Assembly (NCBI RefSeq): GCF_009914755.1
Contig: NC_060935.1
From: the human T2T-CHM13v2.0 reference genome, Homo sapiens
DNA: 64,000 nt
Direction: 5' to 3' (one strand)
Every line of letters begins with the position of its first letter. Within the stretch, counting starts at the first letter, position 1. The position numbers and the translations under genes are program-made. The notes beneath the pieces are model-generated. The model worked only from the letters and a program-made list of their open reading frames with translations. It was not told the DNA's origin and ran no database searches. Shown piece by piece: positions 38,391-51,659 of this stretch.

Positions 38391-39814
38391 GGAAGTTTCA
38401 GAAGCCCTCTCTCACTGCCTTGGCTGAGATGCTAGGTTGAGAGCCACCCTAGCTTGATTCTATGGGAAGGCTGTGCTGCTATCAAAAAGCTAGAGTCATT
38501 TCGGCTGGACATACCACCAATGAAACTCGGCAGCAGGCAGGGAGGAGAGACAGCTCCCCACTGGATATCTGGCAGCCTGTCCTTCTCAGGGTGTCAGTCC
38601 TCTCCAATTTTAGAAATTTCCTCGAGCTGCATGCCAAGCAGAGTGAAGCCGTGTGCTGCTCAGGCAGGACTCTTGGTGGATGATTTATGGGCCCCGTATC
38701 CTTCCACAATCCCCAGGAAGGAGTGATCCTTCTTACTTACTGCCCAGCCCAGCCGACTCCTGTCAAACAGCCTCGGCAGACCTCCTTAAACGACAGTAAT
38801 TCTCCTACCAGGAGGAAGCCAGGGTGACAGATTTCTGACCAAGATCCAGCGCCCCTGAGAAGCCTCTCAGCAGGCCCCCGCCAAGGCCCTGCTGGATATA
38901 GATGGGGCGTAGGATGGAAAGCACCAGAGAGACCCAGGAGACAGAGGCAAAAAGAGGAGCGAGACAGAGAGAAAGTGGGGGGAAGGCAGAGAAGGACAGA
39001 GAAAGGAGACACGAAGGTGGATAAAGGGACATATATGTGGGTGATCGATTATTTGACGAAAGCCTGTCCCTCCCACTGCATTGTAGGGACCACGTCTTGT
39101 TTTGCTTAATCTTGTATCCGTAGCACCCAGCACAGTGCCTGACGTGGAGGAGGGGCTCAGAAGTACTTAGCAAATGATGTCACAGATAAAGAGATGTAAG
39201 GATACAGACAGCACAAATCCTGGCACATTAGAGGAGCTCAGCAAAGGCTCGCTGACTGACAAAATGCCTACATACAGATAATGTATTTGGGGCAGGGGAG
39301 ATACCCAATTTTCAGGACAGGAGCCCAAGTAGATTCAATAGGGAAAAGAAGTAATGAGAGATGAAGGCTCATAGGCAACAGCTGCACCCAACAGATGGTC
39401 CAGGCTAGGGTCTGAACCTGGGAATTTAAAGCCAGGGTGGGGAGTCAGCAGGGAAAGGAGCTTTCTCATAGGCACCAGGAAGCCAGAAGCACACCTTCAA
39501 CCTCAGGATCAGAGAAGGAGAAGGGCAATCAGTGGTAGGGTAGAGAGCTCACCGCTGCTGTCTCAGAATCCAGCACCGATCCAGGCATGCAACAGGCATG
39601 CAGCAGAAGTTTGCTTAATTAGTGAATGAGTACAGAATTGTGGGATAAGAAGGTCAAGGTGAGGGGTTTAGGACTGTACCTGTGGAAGGACAGTGGGACT
39701 TGTGAGGCGGGCACAGAGGCTTAAAGGGGCATGCTGGGTTGGACATGCCCTCCCTTAAGACTTGGTGCCTCTGGGCAAACGTGAGTGAACGTTGCTTCTA
39801 CTTTCATGCTAGGG

Positions 39815-40020
39815 CATTGGTTCTTAACATGAGCAATTTTGCTATCCAGGGGGTCATAGAGCAATGTTTGGAGACATTTTGGACTGCCACAACTTGGGGA
39901 AAGGGTTACTGGCATCTAATGGGCCAGAGCCAGGGATGCCACTAAACATCCTACAATGCACAAGACAGACTCCACAACAAAGCGTTGTCTGGCTCCAAAT
40001 GTGAGGGTTGAAAAGCCCTT
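39815..40020 (+). mobile_element. MER20 hAT-Charlie element
   Basis: gcaatgtttggagacatttt...tactggcatctaatggg...gggatgccactaaacatcctacaatgcacaagacag. Confidence 0.88.
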
Positions 40021-41984
40021 TTCTGTAGCCTATGGGAGTACCACTGCTCCCTTGATCCTGAATCTCAGGCCTCACTTAGATGTATTTTAGTCACCATAAT
40101 TAAGATTACTACCATCAGTAAAGATTTATTGAGTACTGACACATATAAGCAGATAACTACCATCTTGTACTTTTGTTCCTTAAAACTGATGACAGGGGTT
40201 TGGGATTCAGAGAAGGCCAATGGGAACACAATCCATTGTACAGTCCAGCTGGAGATGTGAGATCACAGCAGTAATCACCCTGAGGCGGGGGGCACCAGGC
40301 CGGGGACTTCCCTTTAGCCTTCTGGAATTTGTAACCCTGGATGTAGACCTCGAAGGGTCCATAGGAGCCTCTTGTCCCCCTGCTTTATCTTACAGGTGAA
40401 GCAGCTGAAGTCTGAGAAGAAAATGGCTGTCCAGGGTCACAGGGCAAGTACAGGCCTGGAAGCACAGATCTCCGGACTGCCAGCCTAGTGCTTTTTCTAT
40501 GAGAAAGAGCCTCTGGTGATATAAGTTTCTAAAAGGCGCCTCCTGCAGTGAGAAGTGTGTGATAGGCATGAATGACGTGAAAGCCTTTCAAATGTCCAGG
40601 TAATCAGGCGCCGTTCCCCTTAGACTGACCACTGCTTAGGGAGCCAGAGCCTACTAGAAGGTTCTGGTGGGAGTCTGTGGCTCATTCACCTTCAACAGAA
40701 AGATAATTGCTTGAAGATACTGTATTTAAGCATTCATGGGGGATCCCCCTAAGATCCAAAGAACAACATGACTTTAAAAGAGTTAGAATACTTCTCCCCT
40801 AATGTCCCAAGGAAAGGCGATACTAATAAATGAAAAGATGAGCACCACAAATAGGGACTGATATTTTTTTCCCCATTCCTCAGGCCCCTGAGAATTATTT
40901 TCACGACAAAAAGTTGTTATTCACTTGTCCAGGGAGAACATGCTGGTGACTGGCTTATTTGGAGTGGAAATTAAAGACCACAGGCTCAGCCAGAGAAGTG
41001 GGGTCATCTAACAAGTCACAGAGCAGTAAAATTCCCTCTGCTCCTCAACCTCCCTCCACCTGGAGACTGTTCCTGCAGCATCTACCCTCTAAGGCATTTT
41101 TATCCCCACTCCTCAGGGAAGAACTAAATCTGTACCACTTGATGACCTACTAGATATCTATGCAAAGACCCCAATATGTAATGAATTTGTTTATTGGGTC
41201 ACCCTTCTTCTCCTCTAGACTGCGAGATCCATCCCTAGTGCTTGGCACAGGGACAGCCATACAGCAGGTGCCCAATAAGTATTTGTTGATTTGTCAAAAC
41301 CAGGTTCCTGGAGGTCAAGTTCCTAGGGGAAAATGTGCACACCAGAGGAGAAATGGGGTATGTGTGCTGGGAAGGAAGAATTAAGTTCTGTTTTCCTGTC
41401 CTGCTTGTACCCAAGAAGGAAGGATACTAATATTTCCTGATCTCTTACTCTGCACAAGGCACTTACACTCACAGGGTTAGTCCTCCCAACAATGCGGTGA
41501 ACAAAGTATTATGGTCCCTGGTTCACTGATAATGAAATGGCTACTAGAGAGCTGGGATTACATGGTGCCAAAGCACAAGTTTTCCTGGTCCATCCACCAA
41601 GCTGTGTCTTGCACCATAAACAGTCTCTTTCCAGTGCGTCAATAAAACCTGATGATGCCTACTTGGACAGGTGGGAATTTGTCCCATAAGAGCTTCAGTC
41701 CATGGATGTTCTCATATTTAACATGGACACTAGTAAAAGTAGCTGGTTTTGCTATCAGAGCACTAGAAATCTATTTTCTAAGCAAATATAAATAAATAAA
41801 TAGACTTGATTTGATTTGTGAACTTAAAATTTATGAAGTGATTTATTTGGAGGGTCCTAAAAAGATACAAATAAACTACATTTTGCTAAGCACTTAATGA
41901 ACTGACTTTCGTGTTTAAATTCCCTGAAATCAGCTCTATTTCAAAAAATCTAGGGCTTACCACAATCATTAATCATAGGAGGCA

Positions 41985-42190
41985 TTTAGCGTAATGGAAA
42001 CAATACAGGATGGAGCGTGAAAAGAGCAGGGTTGGGTCACCATGCTGCCTTTTAGGAGCTGATTCTCAGTTTCCTTATCTGTAAAATGGGAGTAATAACA
42101 TGCAGCTCACTCAGGTCTATTTTGAGGACATGGAGGTGAAAGCATTTTTGCAAACTGCAGAGCGACATACAAGCATTTTTACAGTTGTAG
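41985..42190 (+). mobile_element. MIR SINE
   Basis: ctcagtttccttatctgtaaaatgggagtaataa. Confidence 0.7.
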
Positions 42191-42642
42191 AAATTTCAGC
42201 ATTTTATGCCCACTTATGAAGGCTCAATTTCAAAGAAGCTTTCATCATGTACATGGAAAAAGTTAAAAACTACCACCCTGAAGTGTGTACAGTGGTTGGA
42301 CCACTTCTGCATGTCAGTTTCTGAGTTCACTGTCTTTCCTTTCCCACTGCATGCTGGGGCTGAGAGGGCCTTGTAATTTGTAGCATCCTTAACTAGTGTA
42401 ACCACAAATGCTATTCTGCTGCCTTATGAAGGCGCAATCCTTATTAACCTCCAGCACTCAGAGGCACACGCTGGAGATCCTGCTCTTGTTGTGAGGATAA
42501 TTACAGACATTTTTAGCTTTCTAGGAATTTTTTTTAAAGAACAAAATGTTCTGAAGAAATCTGAAACCACCATGTAGAAAATATTGTGGAAGTTTAATTA
42601 AAAAAATTTTTTTTTTAAATTAGGTATCTATGGGGCCTAAAA

Positions 42643-42910
42643 AGCATCTCAAAACTGTCTTTTGGAACACTCTATCTGTAAGATGCTAACGGGTGCTCCA
42701 TAGAAAGCTGTCTGTGGTCAGACGGGCCTGGAAAATGCCTGGATAACAAGGTGAGCACATGGCTGTGGGACTGGCATACGTGGACCATGATGATATGCAC
42801 GGACCTCTAAGAGCAGACATGGTGAGCGAAGGGTCTCAAACTTACCTGGAAACCTTTATTCCTCAGGACATCTGGGGAACTAGTTTTCATAGAACTTTCA
42901 GAACCTCTGC
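42643..42910. mobile_element. Palindromic hAT-Charlie MITE (MER103/MER112-like; name uncertain)
   Basis: Imperfect terminal inverted segments: ggaacact..gatgct..tgtggtca on the left versus tctcaaactta..gaaacc..acatct..ggaactagt on the right. Confidence 0.45.
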
Positions 42911-44091
42911 TCAAAACTGGCTTTCACACTGTGCTCAACAGGATCCCAGAGGCTACTGGAGGGGGTCTGAGGAGCTACAGAGGGCTGGGGCTAAGGTCCC
43001 CTCATCCCTTGCAGAGCACATCCCCTAAACACTTGAAAAAGTACTGCTCTAGAACATGCAAGGACATGAGGCCTTTGAGTTGGCCTAAACCTTATTGTTA
43101 ATCTTCAGACCATAATATTGCCTCTGCTGTTCTGAGCCAAGCAGTGCAGAGGACAGTCACAAGATGAGGTCTGAATCCGGGTTCACTCCTCCCTTAACCT
43201 TGGGCAAGTTCCTTGACCTCCCCAGCCTCTGCTGCTCGGCTGTGCAATGGCCATGGTGCTCATCTTGCAGAATCCACAGGGGACACGGCTGGCACTCAGC
43301 AGAGGCTCAAGAAATAACACCCCCTGTATCCCAAACATTACCTTGTTGCTTTTATTTTTTATTTTATTTTAAAATTCTCAGCTCACCATCAGTGAAGCCA
43401 TTTGCACCCTACAGCTCTGTGTCACTCTGCTGTGCCTGTGGTAACTTATGTCTCTTCATCCTGCCTTTGTCATTCCTCCTTAAAACAGTTTTGGTCTATT
43501 TTTCTCATCACACAAGGGATATACATTCCTTGTAGAAGATTTAAAAAAATTCAGACAAGAAAAAAAAAAAAAGAAGGAAAACAAAGCAAGACAAAATCGC
43601 CCATAATTCCACCACTTGGAGCTATCTTGTTAACACAAAAACATATTCCTTTTCAATTTAAGCTCATCTCAGAAATGCCTGTGAAGCTTCCTGGGTTTAT
43701 TCTATGCTGTGTTGTTAAACTTACATTTACCCAAATCTCCCATTCTTCTTCTTTACTTTTATCTTTCCTACTTTTTGGTTCAAAAATAATTCTAGCATAT
43801 TCACATTTGAATTCCAACAATACAGAACAAGCTGAACACAAATATAAATCCTCCTTCCCTCCTTCCACCTCACCCATCCCACTCATCTCCCAAGGAAACC
43901 ACTGTTAAATGTTGTATTTACAGACATTTTCCTATTTATTTTCATATTATAGTCAGTCTTGATGCTTAAAAACATAAAAGATGATCTTAGATCTACTGTT
44001 TTATTTCCCAAGCCTCTTGAATCATCTTTTTAGTGTGTCTGGCCTTAAAACTAAACCTAGTATTTTCCCTGAGATAACTTTCTTCAAAGTC

Positions 44092-44250
44092 TAGGGCATC
44101 GCTGCTCGACTTCAGGATGTATGAGGTGCTTGGAGAACTTGTTAAAAAGCAGAATCTGAGTCAGTGGGGTCTGGAGTGGGGCTGAGATTCTGCATTTCTC
44201 ATCAGCTTATGCTGTAGGTTCCCTGGAGCACTTTGAGGAGCAAGGCTCCA
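44092..44250. mobile_element. MER5A-type MITE
   Basis: cttgttaaaaagcagaatctgagtcagtggggtctggagtggggctgagattctgcatttct...cactttgag. Confidence 0.75.
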
Positions 44251-44748
44251 GGACACTCATCCACCCAAGGCAGGCATCCTTCTCCTTTGCTTATATAAAC
44301 TCCACGATGAGTGTTGTTCCTGTGTATCGCAGGCACCTGCATCACCAGCTATCTTTGATTGGCCAGACTTAAGCCCAATGCACAAGTCTCCCTCAAGATT
44401 TGGGATAGCTGGTGGTATGGGGATCCCTGGAGTTCTGGATTCCCAAATAAAAGGGAACTCGGTGTTCAGGCATCTTCTGCATGGGGCAAACATCCAGAGG
44501 AGCAGCAGACATCATGACCAGTGTACCACACTCCTGAGAGTGTGGCATGGTACTGGACCAAAAGACAGCCAAGGGAGCAGTAGTGAGGGGCTTTAGCCCT
44601 AAGTGGGGAAAAAAGCCCAAAGAAGCACAGCAAGATGCAGACACCCAAGTTTAGCCAAAGTGGTCAAGTACTTGTTGGCAACTGAGTTGATGTTGTAGGT
44701 GGAGCCTGAGAAGTGGAGATGGGTGAGTCAGAGAAAGAATATACACTC

Positions 44749-45068
44749 GGCCAGGCGCAGTGGCTCACGCCTGTAGTCCCAGCACTTTGGGAGGCCAAGG
44801 CAGGAGGATCACAAGGTCAGGAGATCAAGACCATCCTGGCTAACGTGGTGAAACCCTGTCTCTACTAAAAATACAAAAAATTAGCTGGGCATGGTGGCGG
44901 TCACCTGTATTCCCAGCTACTCAGGAGGCTGAGGCAGGAGAATGGCGTGAACCTGGAAGGCAGAGCTTGCAGTGAGCGGAGATTGCATTGTGCCACTGCA
45001 CTCCAGCCTGGGCAACAGAACAAGACTCCATCTCAAAAAAAAAAAAAAAAAAAGAAAAAAAAGAAAAA
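44749..45068 (+). mobile_element. AluY, full length
   Basis: gagatcaagaccatcctggctaac, gaatggcgtgaacc, gagcttgcagtgagc; long A tail; TSD aaagaa(t/a)atacactc at 44734-44748 and 45069-45083. Confidence 0.93.
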
Positions 45069-47663
45069 AAAGAAAATACACTCAAGATGTATTCTGACAA
45101 AGGACATCTGGGGTGAGGATGAGTGCAGGTAGGAAAGGGGCGATTGTATTACAACATCATCCAGGACAGGAGGGACAGCGTGGAGTGGTGCTATGCACAT
45201 GGGCCAGCTGCCTGCTCCTCTAACCTCAAATGTGGTCCCTTTAGGAGGCTCTCTTGCTGTCAGCTGCTGCACCTATGAGGCAGCCCTCAACTACATGGCA
45301 AGTTTCATCCAGCACAGTTCTTAAACCACAGCCCTTTGGCACTTCATAGTGACCCTGGCCTTGGGTTGAGGTGCTGGGGGCAGAGCCTTAGGAGTTAATC
45401 CGATGGCCAGATTTCTTATGCATCTGGAGGGTCTAATGAGAATCTCCTTCTACTGCTATATTCCGAGAATGAAAGAGCCAGGACTTCTGATTGGTTAGTG
45501 ATCAAATAATGAGAGCCTAGAAAACAAATTCCTTACAATTTTCACAGTTAAGCACATCATATTTCATTTGGCTTCATTTTTTTAAGCTGTTGGTTACTAG
45601 AGCTTAAGTCCATACACTTTGGGAGAAATCCTTCCCTAATCAACCACCATGTCTCAAATTTTCTTTGCTGATGTGTAAGAGACTTTTCTCCATGATTTGT
45701 CTATTAATACCTTTTCTCCCAAATAACTGAAACCTGCCCAAGAAAGCCAGTGGACACTTATTTGCACAGTTTTCATTCAAATCCATCAGGATATCCATAG
45801 CTAAGAATGTAACGGGCAAGGGAACTAAATATATGTATTTCTAATAAACTTTCATGAATTTGACCTGCATGAGAATCATCATAAAGACTCCTTCCCTAAT
45901 CAAATCAGAATCAAGTACTAGAAAATGATTCCTATTGTGGAACAGAGAGAAGGGCTTGCACTCAGAACCAATGCTTGACAGTCAGCCTCTGCTCTAAGAT
46001 GCCTTCTTTTTATGAAACATCTCCAGGGAAAGCATAATAGGGACATTTGGCCAGACCATCCTACCCAGAGGTCCTGCAAAGTCAAAGCTGGACAAAGGAA
46101 GCCGGAGACAACCATCGCCTGAGACATCTGTTTTGTTCATCATTGTATTCCCAATATCCAGCATAGGGCCTGCCTAGAGTAGGTACTGTACACATTTCCC
46201 TTGCCTGGGTGAATGAATGGATACATGGATGAGAGAACAATCACCTCTAAATCAATATCTCCAGGACCTCTTATTCAGCTCCAGGTGTCTGGTAATCATG
46301 TCTACTTAGATGCCTCCCAGGTGCTTCAAACTCATCACATCTGAAATTCTAACTCATCAAGTGCCACCTGCTGTCCCTGCAAACTCCTCCTCTGGGACTC
46401 TGGAATTTCAATGCCATCTTTAACTGTCTGTACTTCTCCTTCTTACCTTCTTCATCTACCAAACTCCCAGTACAAATGTTACCTTTTCCCCAATGCCTTC
46501 CTTGGCCACATCTTGCCTGCCCCTCTTCACTGGCCTTCTTTCTTATTTAAAAATAGATTTGAGTTTGAGGTGATGACTTTGACTTTTTGTGAACAGGGAA
46601 GGGAGGCTGAGCAACACACAGGCAGTTGAGCTCTCTCTGAAGGGCAGAAACTCCTTTTTTTCTCTTCCGTTTCATTTCTCTCTGTTGCTTTTCTAGCTGC
46701 AATAGGACAGAACCCTATTTGGGGGAAACAGAGAAAGCCAAGACCTCTGGGCACTAACTGCAGAAGTTCAAATCCTGGCTTGGGAAAAAACCATCTTAAA
46801 ACTATGCAAGAGTTTAACTTGGCAGGTAGGTTGCAAGAAGCCTAGCCTCATAGAAGAGAAAGAGCCAGGGAAGGGAAAGAGCTTTCATACTGATGGTTCT
46901 GCTTTCAGGTGTCACAATGGAAAAGTAAGGTTTGAAACTTCTGATGAAGTCCACTGACTGCCCAAAGACCACCAGGATTACATCTAGAGTGATAAATAAA
47001 TGTATTTAGCATGCTGAAGCAAGGGAGAATGTACCCCAGGGGGGCCTCAGGCACTTGGTGGCGGTAGGGGCTTGTGTTGGAGCATTCTAAAGAGAATGCA
47101 GAAAGTTCTCTTGGAACTTGGGGCCCCATTCTTCCAGCTTAAATAGCTGTTACCTGCTTTTTAAGCCCTGTCCCCTTTGCCCAATTTTCTAGCTAGGTGA
47201 AGAAACAACCCTTAAGCCCTATCCAGAGCAAAAATGATTTTGTGATTTGCAGCATCTGTGCCTGGTGCTCTGCTGAGTCATGCCCACTTGCCTCACAGCC
47301 TCAAAGGGTTTTTGGTGTTGTGGTGATGGCAAAGTGAATGCCACCAACAGAGGACAAATCCCAGCCCCACACTTGCTGTACGTCAGCACAGCTGTCAGCC
47401 TGGCTCACATTTCAGGATCTTTCAGGAAGCTGTGAGACGCAGAAAGAAGCCAGTTTTAGGCTCTGTGGGCAAGAAGATACCTTTTGACTTATAAACTGCA
47501 GATCCTCAGATGTGGATGTTGTCATAGGACTGAGTGTGTTGGTCCTGCACATGGTCCCCAGTAGAACTCCTCTACAGAAAAGAACCCTTTTATCAGCAGA
47601 TGGGCAGGAACCCCTCAGAGGGAGAGGTAGACACTCAAGCCTTCACTTAAGACATCTATAATA

Positions 47664-47842
47664 AGGGGAGGGAGAGCATTAGGACAAATACCTAATACAT
47701 GTGGGGCTTAAAACCTAGATGATGGGTTGAAAGGTGCAGCAAATCACCATGGCACGTGTATACCTATGTAACAAACCTGCACGTTCAGCACATGTATCTC
47801 AGAACTTAAAGTAAAATAAAATAAAACAACAAACAAACAAAA
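47664..47842 (+). mobile_element. L1PA (PA7/PA8-like) extreme 3' end, inserted in a MIR
   Basis: gggagggagagcattaggacaaatacctaat...tatacctatgtaacaaacctgcacgttc...gaacttaaagtaaaataaa. Confidence 0.88.
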
Positions 47843-48390
47843 TAGTACCTCCTATAAACTGTGAAAGAATGAAATGAGATGGAAATGTATCTAAAGCATT
47901 CAACACAGTGTCAGACATGTACTCAGTGCTTGCTAATGCTAGCTTATATTATTCTGATGAATCATATTAGCAAATGAAAATTCACCTATTCACTGAATCT
48001 TCTGGGGACCACTACTATATTCTCGGCTAAATAAAAGAGGCAAAATGATTAAAAAAAAAAAAAGACTTCTATAAAAAGCCACCAGCCAGCTAGAGCAACC
48101 AGAACAGAACCTCTTCGTGTCTCTATTCTCTTTTTTCTCCCTCCTAACCCTGGAAGTCTTTCCTGAGGACTGAGTGCAGACCCGGTGCAAGGATGTTGGG
48201 AAGTAACTTTGTCTCTGAGCTTCAGTTTCTTTTTTTGTAACATGGGAGTCATAACATTGACCTAAAAGAGTTGTGTGCAATTGAAGAGACAAAGAATGCA
48301 AAACATAGTCTGTGAACCTACAAAAGGTGCTCGCTCAGCTCAGTTTCAACCACTATTCCCCTCTCCTTCTTCCTCACTGACTGCCTTTGT

Positions 48391-48433
48391 CCAGCCTCCA
48401 GGAGCAGCCAGCCTCCAGGAGCAGCCAGCCTCC
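48391..48433. repeat. Perfect 17-bp tandem repeat x2.5 (ccagcctccaggagcag)
   Basis: Direct reading. Confidence 0.95.
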
Positions 48434-48829
48434 GGCCTCCTGCCTCCTTTCTGTGCCAGCCCAGCAACCTGAGTCACACTCTGGATTCAGTCCCAGTCTG
48501 CTTGGCTGAAGTCTGGTGTTTGCTGCACTTACTATTCCAGGCACCCTGTGATTTACTTTTCTAGTGAGTTAATTGCAAAATCCATATGGAGTGGAGAGAA
48601 AACATCAACCCAAGCTTGCCATGAAAAGCAGGGGAACAGAGGAAGTTTTCCATCTTGGCCAGCACAGCCTGGAGAGGAGGCAAAGAGGGAGGATGATGCT
48701 GCTGCCCCACTTGCCAAGCTCAAGGCAAGTCACATGGTGTTCAGGCCTCTTTACTCCCCCTTTGTTTATTCTCTCATCTAATTAGACAAAAATTTAAGTT
48801 TTAGAAACCCACTGTGGGTATAAACTATA

Positions 48830-48997
48830 GGTGATCAAATCTCAATGTGCATAAGAAGCACCTGGGAAGTTTATTTAAAATGCAGATTCCCAAGCTTCTC
48901 CCTCCAGAGTTTCATCCAATAAGTCCAGGCACAACCCCAGAACTTGCATCCTGCTTGTGTCCAATGCAGGTAATCCACAGACCAAGGGTTAAGAAAC
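48830..48997. mobile_element. MER5-type MITE
   Basis: gtgcataagaagcacctgggaagtttatttaaaatgcagattccc. Confidence 0.65.
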
Positions 48998-49085
48998 GAA
49001 AATACAAAGGGAAGGGCAGTGCAGTAACTCGGGAGTTAGAAGAATTTAAGATTGGTTCTTGGACAAATCATTTGCCATTCTCCTC

Positions 49086-49417
<332 letters not shown>

Positions 49418-50334
49418 TAGCAGGAATGAGAATACCTACCTCACAGGACCATTGAGAGAATAACAGATATTGAAATCCCTTAACACAACTCTTGGCACAT
49501 TGGAGGCACTCAAAAAAAAAAAAAAAAACGAAGAAACAATTTACTTTTCTTTCCTGGAGAAGATTCTTTTTAAAACTGGCCCAAGGCATCTTTGCTCATG
49601 AATGTGAATACATTTTTGTATCTGTTTACAATTTACAACATCCAAAGAGTGGCCTTTGGGGAAGCAGGCTCTTGTTTTGAAATCACTTTGAAGATGAAAA
49701 GGTGTCAAATCCTCCAGTCTTGGTTGGTGGAAGTTAAAACAAATATTTAATTTGGTGAGTTATAATTTATTAAAGCCTTTTGGAAAATGAAAGTACTATT
49801 TATGTTGTCACAAGGGACCCAACAGTTTTGAATAGTTTGTAGTTAATTCACTCATTTTGTTTAAGAAACATTTACTGAACACCTGGGTGCCAGCCCTCGC
49901 AGGGCTCAGGGTCTGAACAATGATAGTAACTTGGTTCTGACCACAACGGGGGCTACAGAAGCCCAGGGAGCAGTGACTTCCCTTAGCCGGAGGGTCTGGG
50001 CCTTAGGAAGGTGATCAGCAGGAAATGACTCCATTTTGAAAGCACCCAGATTTATACACAATAGACCTGGTACTAATAGATGCGTAACTTAAAATCCCTG
50101 GAGGAAAGAACTACTTTCCCCAGAGGTTACCCCTACACCTTTAATTTCTTAGACACTTGGGAAGGGTAGGCTGACTCTCTTCTAAGCTTTCAGGCCCTAA
50201 TATCCAAGTGCTTTAAGACACCTGGATTTAGAGGTTCCACAGGTATACAGACTCAACAATGTCTAGCACTCAGCTTATTACTTCTCTCTACAATCATGCT
50301 CCAGCATTTCCTTGCTGCATCCACACAGTTACCC

Positions 50335-50697
50335 TGCTATGGTCTGAATTTCTGTGTCCCCCACAAATTCATATGCTAATACCTAAACCCCAAATGTGAT
50401 GGTATTAAGGAGGTGGGGCCTTTGGGAGATGATTAGGCCAAGAGGGCTCTTCCCTTATGAATGGGATTAGTGACCTTATAAAAGAGGCTTAAGGGAGCTT
50501 GTTTGCTCCTTCTACCACGGGAGGACACAGAAAGCACCATCTGAGAAGCAGAGGGCAAGCCCTCACCAGAAACTGAATCTGTTGGTGCCTTGATCTTGGA
50601 CTTCCCAGCCTCCAGAACTGTGAGCAATAAATTTCTGTGGCTTGTAATTTACCCAGTCTAGGATATTTTGTTATAGCAGCCTGAAGGGATTAAGACA
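50335..50697 (+). mobile_element. MaLR solo LTR, MLT1A0-like
   Basis: tgctatggtctgaat...ttgatcttggacttcccagcctccagaactgtgag...taagaca; TSD taccc/tgccc. Confidence 0.9.
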
Positions 50698-51287
50698 TGC
50701 CCCAGTCAAAATTCAGGCCACAGACCTGTCCATTTCCTTTCCCCCAACCCACATCTATTTAGTTACCAAATTTTAATCACTTCTTTCTGCTAAGTACCTC
50801 TTGAATCTGTCTGCATGATTACTATTCAGATTCCGGGGGCCACAGTCTGTCTCTATCTCTCCTCTGTCAGGTAGAACCAGGGTGATCTTCCTAAAATATA
50901 TAGGATCATATCCTTTCCTAGAAAGCTTTTTAGTAGCTTTCCCTACCTACAGAATAAGGTTCCAACACCTACATGTGGTGCCCAAGCACGTCTTGCCACA
51001 AAAGCCACCTGCGCTGAGCTCCCTCAGTCATACAGTACATGCATGTATGAGCATGCCATGACATTTCCTGGCTAGACTGCCAGCAATCCCACCCCACTCT
51101 GGGATATTCCAGTAAATGGCTCCCTCCTCTCAGAGCTAACAGCACAATTCCTCTTCCCCCTCTCCAACACATTGTTGGATTCCCTCAGCTGTTACTTAAG
51201 TCTGTTCACTTGTCTCTTCTGCTAGATGGAAACACCTCAGAGGATAATGTTCTATTGTGTTCATACCTCAGATCTTTTTATTCTATG

Positions 51288-51659
51288 TTGTGTAGAGACT
51301 TTGGGTACTCATTGTGTCTGGTTCTCTTCTGCTTCTGGTGCATGGAAGGTGCACGTTTCCCTGCTCCTTTGTAGTTAAGTGGGGCCATATGAGTAATTCA
51401 GGCCTATGGGCTGTGAGAAGCAGCCAAAAAGGCTATTTGCTCCAGAGTGGGTAGCTCCACAAGATGGTGGAGCTTCTGTCACCCTGGGTCCATGAGAGAC
51501 TGTGTGGAACAAAGTCTCCCCCCAGCCCCAAAGCATGTTGGGTACATAACATGAGAAATAAACTCTGTTAAGCCACTCATATATTAGGGTTGTTTGTCAC
51601 TGCACCATAAATTAACCCTCTGTTGTTAATTTAGCTGTTAACCTATGCTGACAAATACA
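51288..51659 (+). mobile_element. MaLR solo LTR, MLT1J/I-like
   Basis: gtagttaagtggggccatatga...aagatggtggagc...gagaaataaact...gggttgtttgtcactgca...gacaaataca. Confidence 0.75.

Noticed and set aside
40530-40552. CTCF-like motif ACTGCAGGAGGCGC
   Set aside because: Three mismatches to the core consensus.
43164-43908. 123-aa and 168-aa ORFs
   Set aside because: They span MIR and L1-like low-complexity fragments, resemble no known domain, and show no exon structure.
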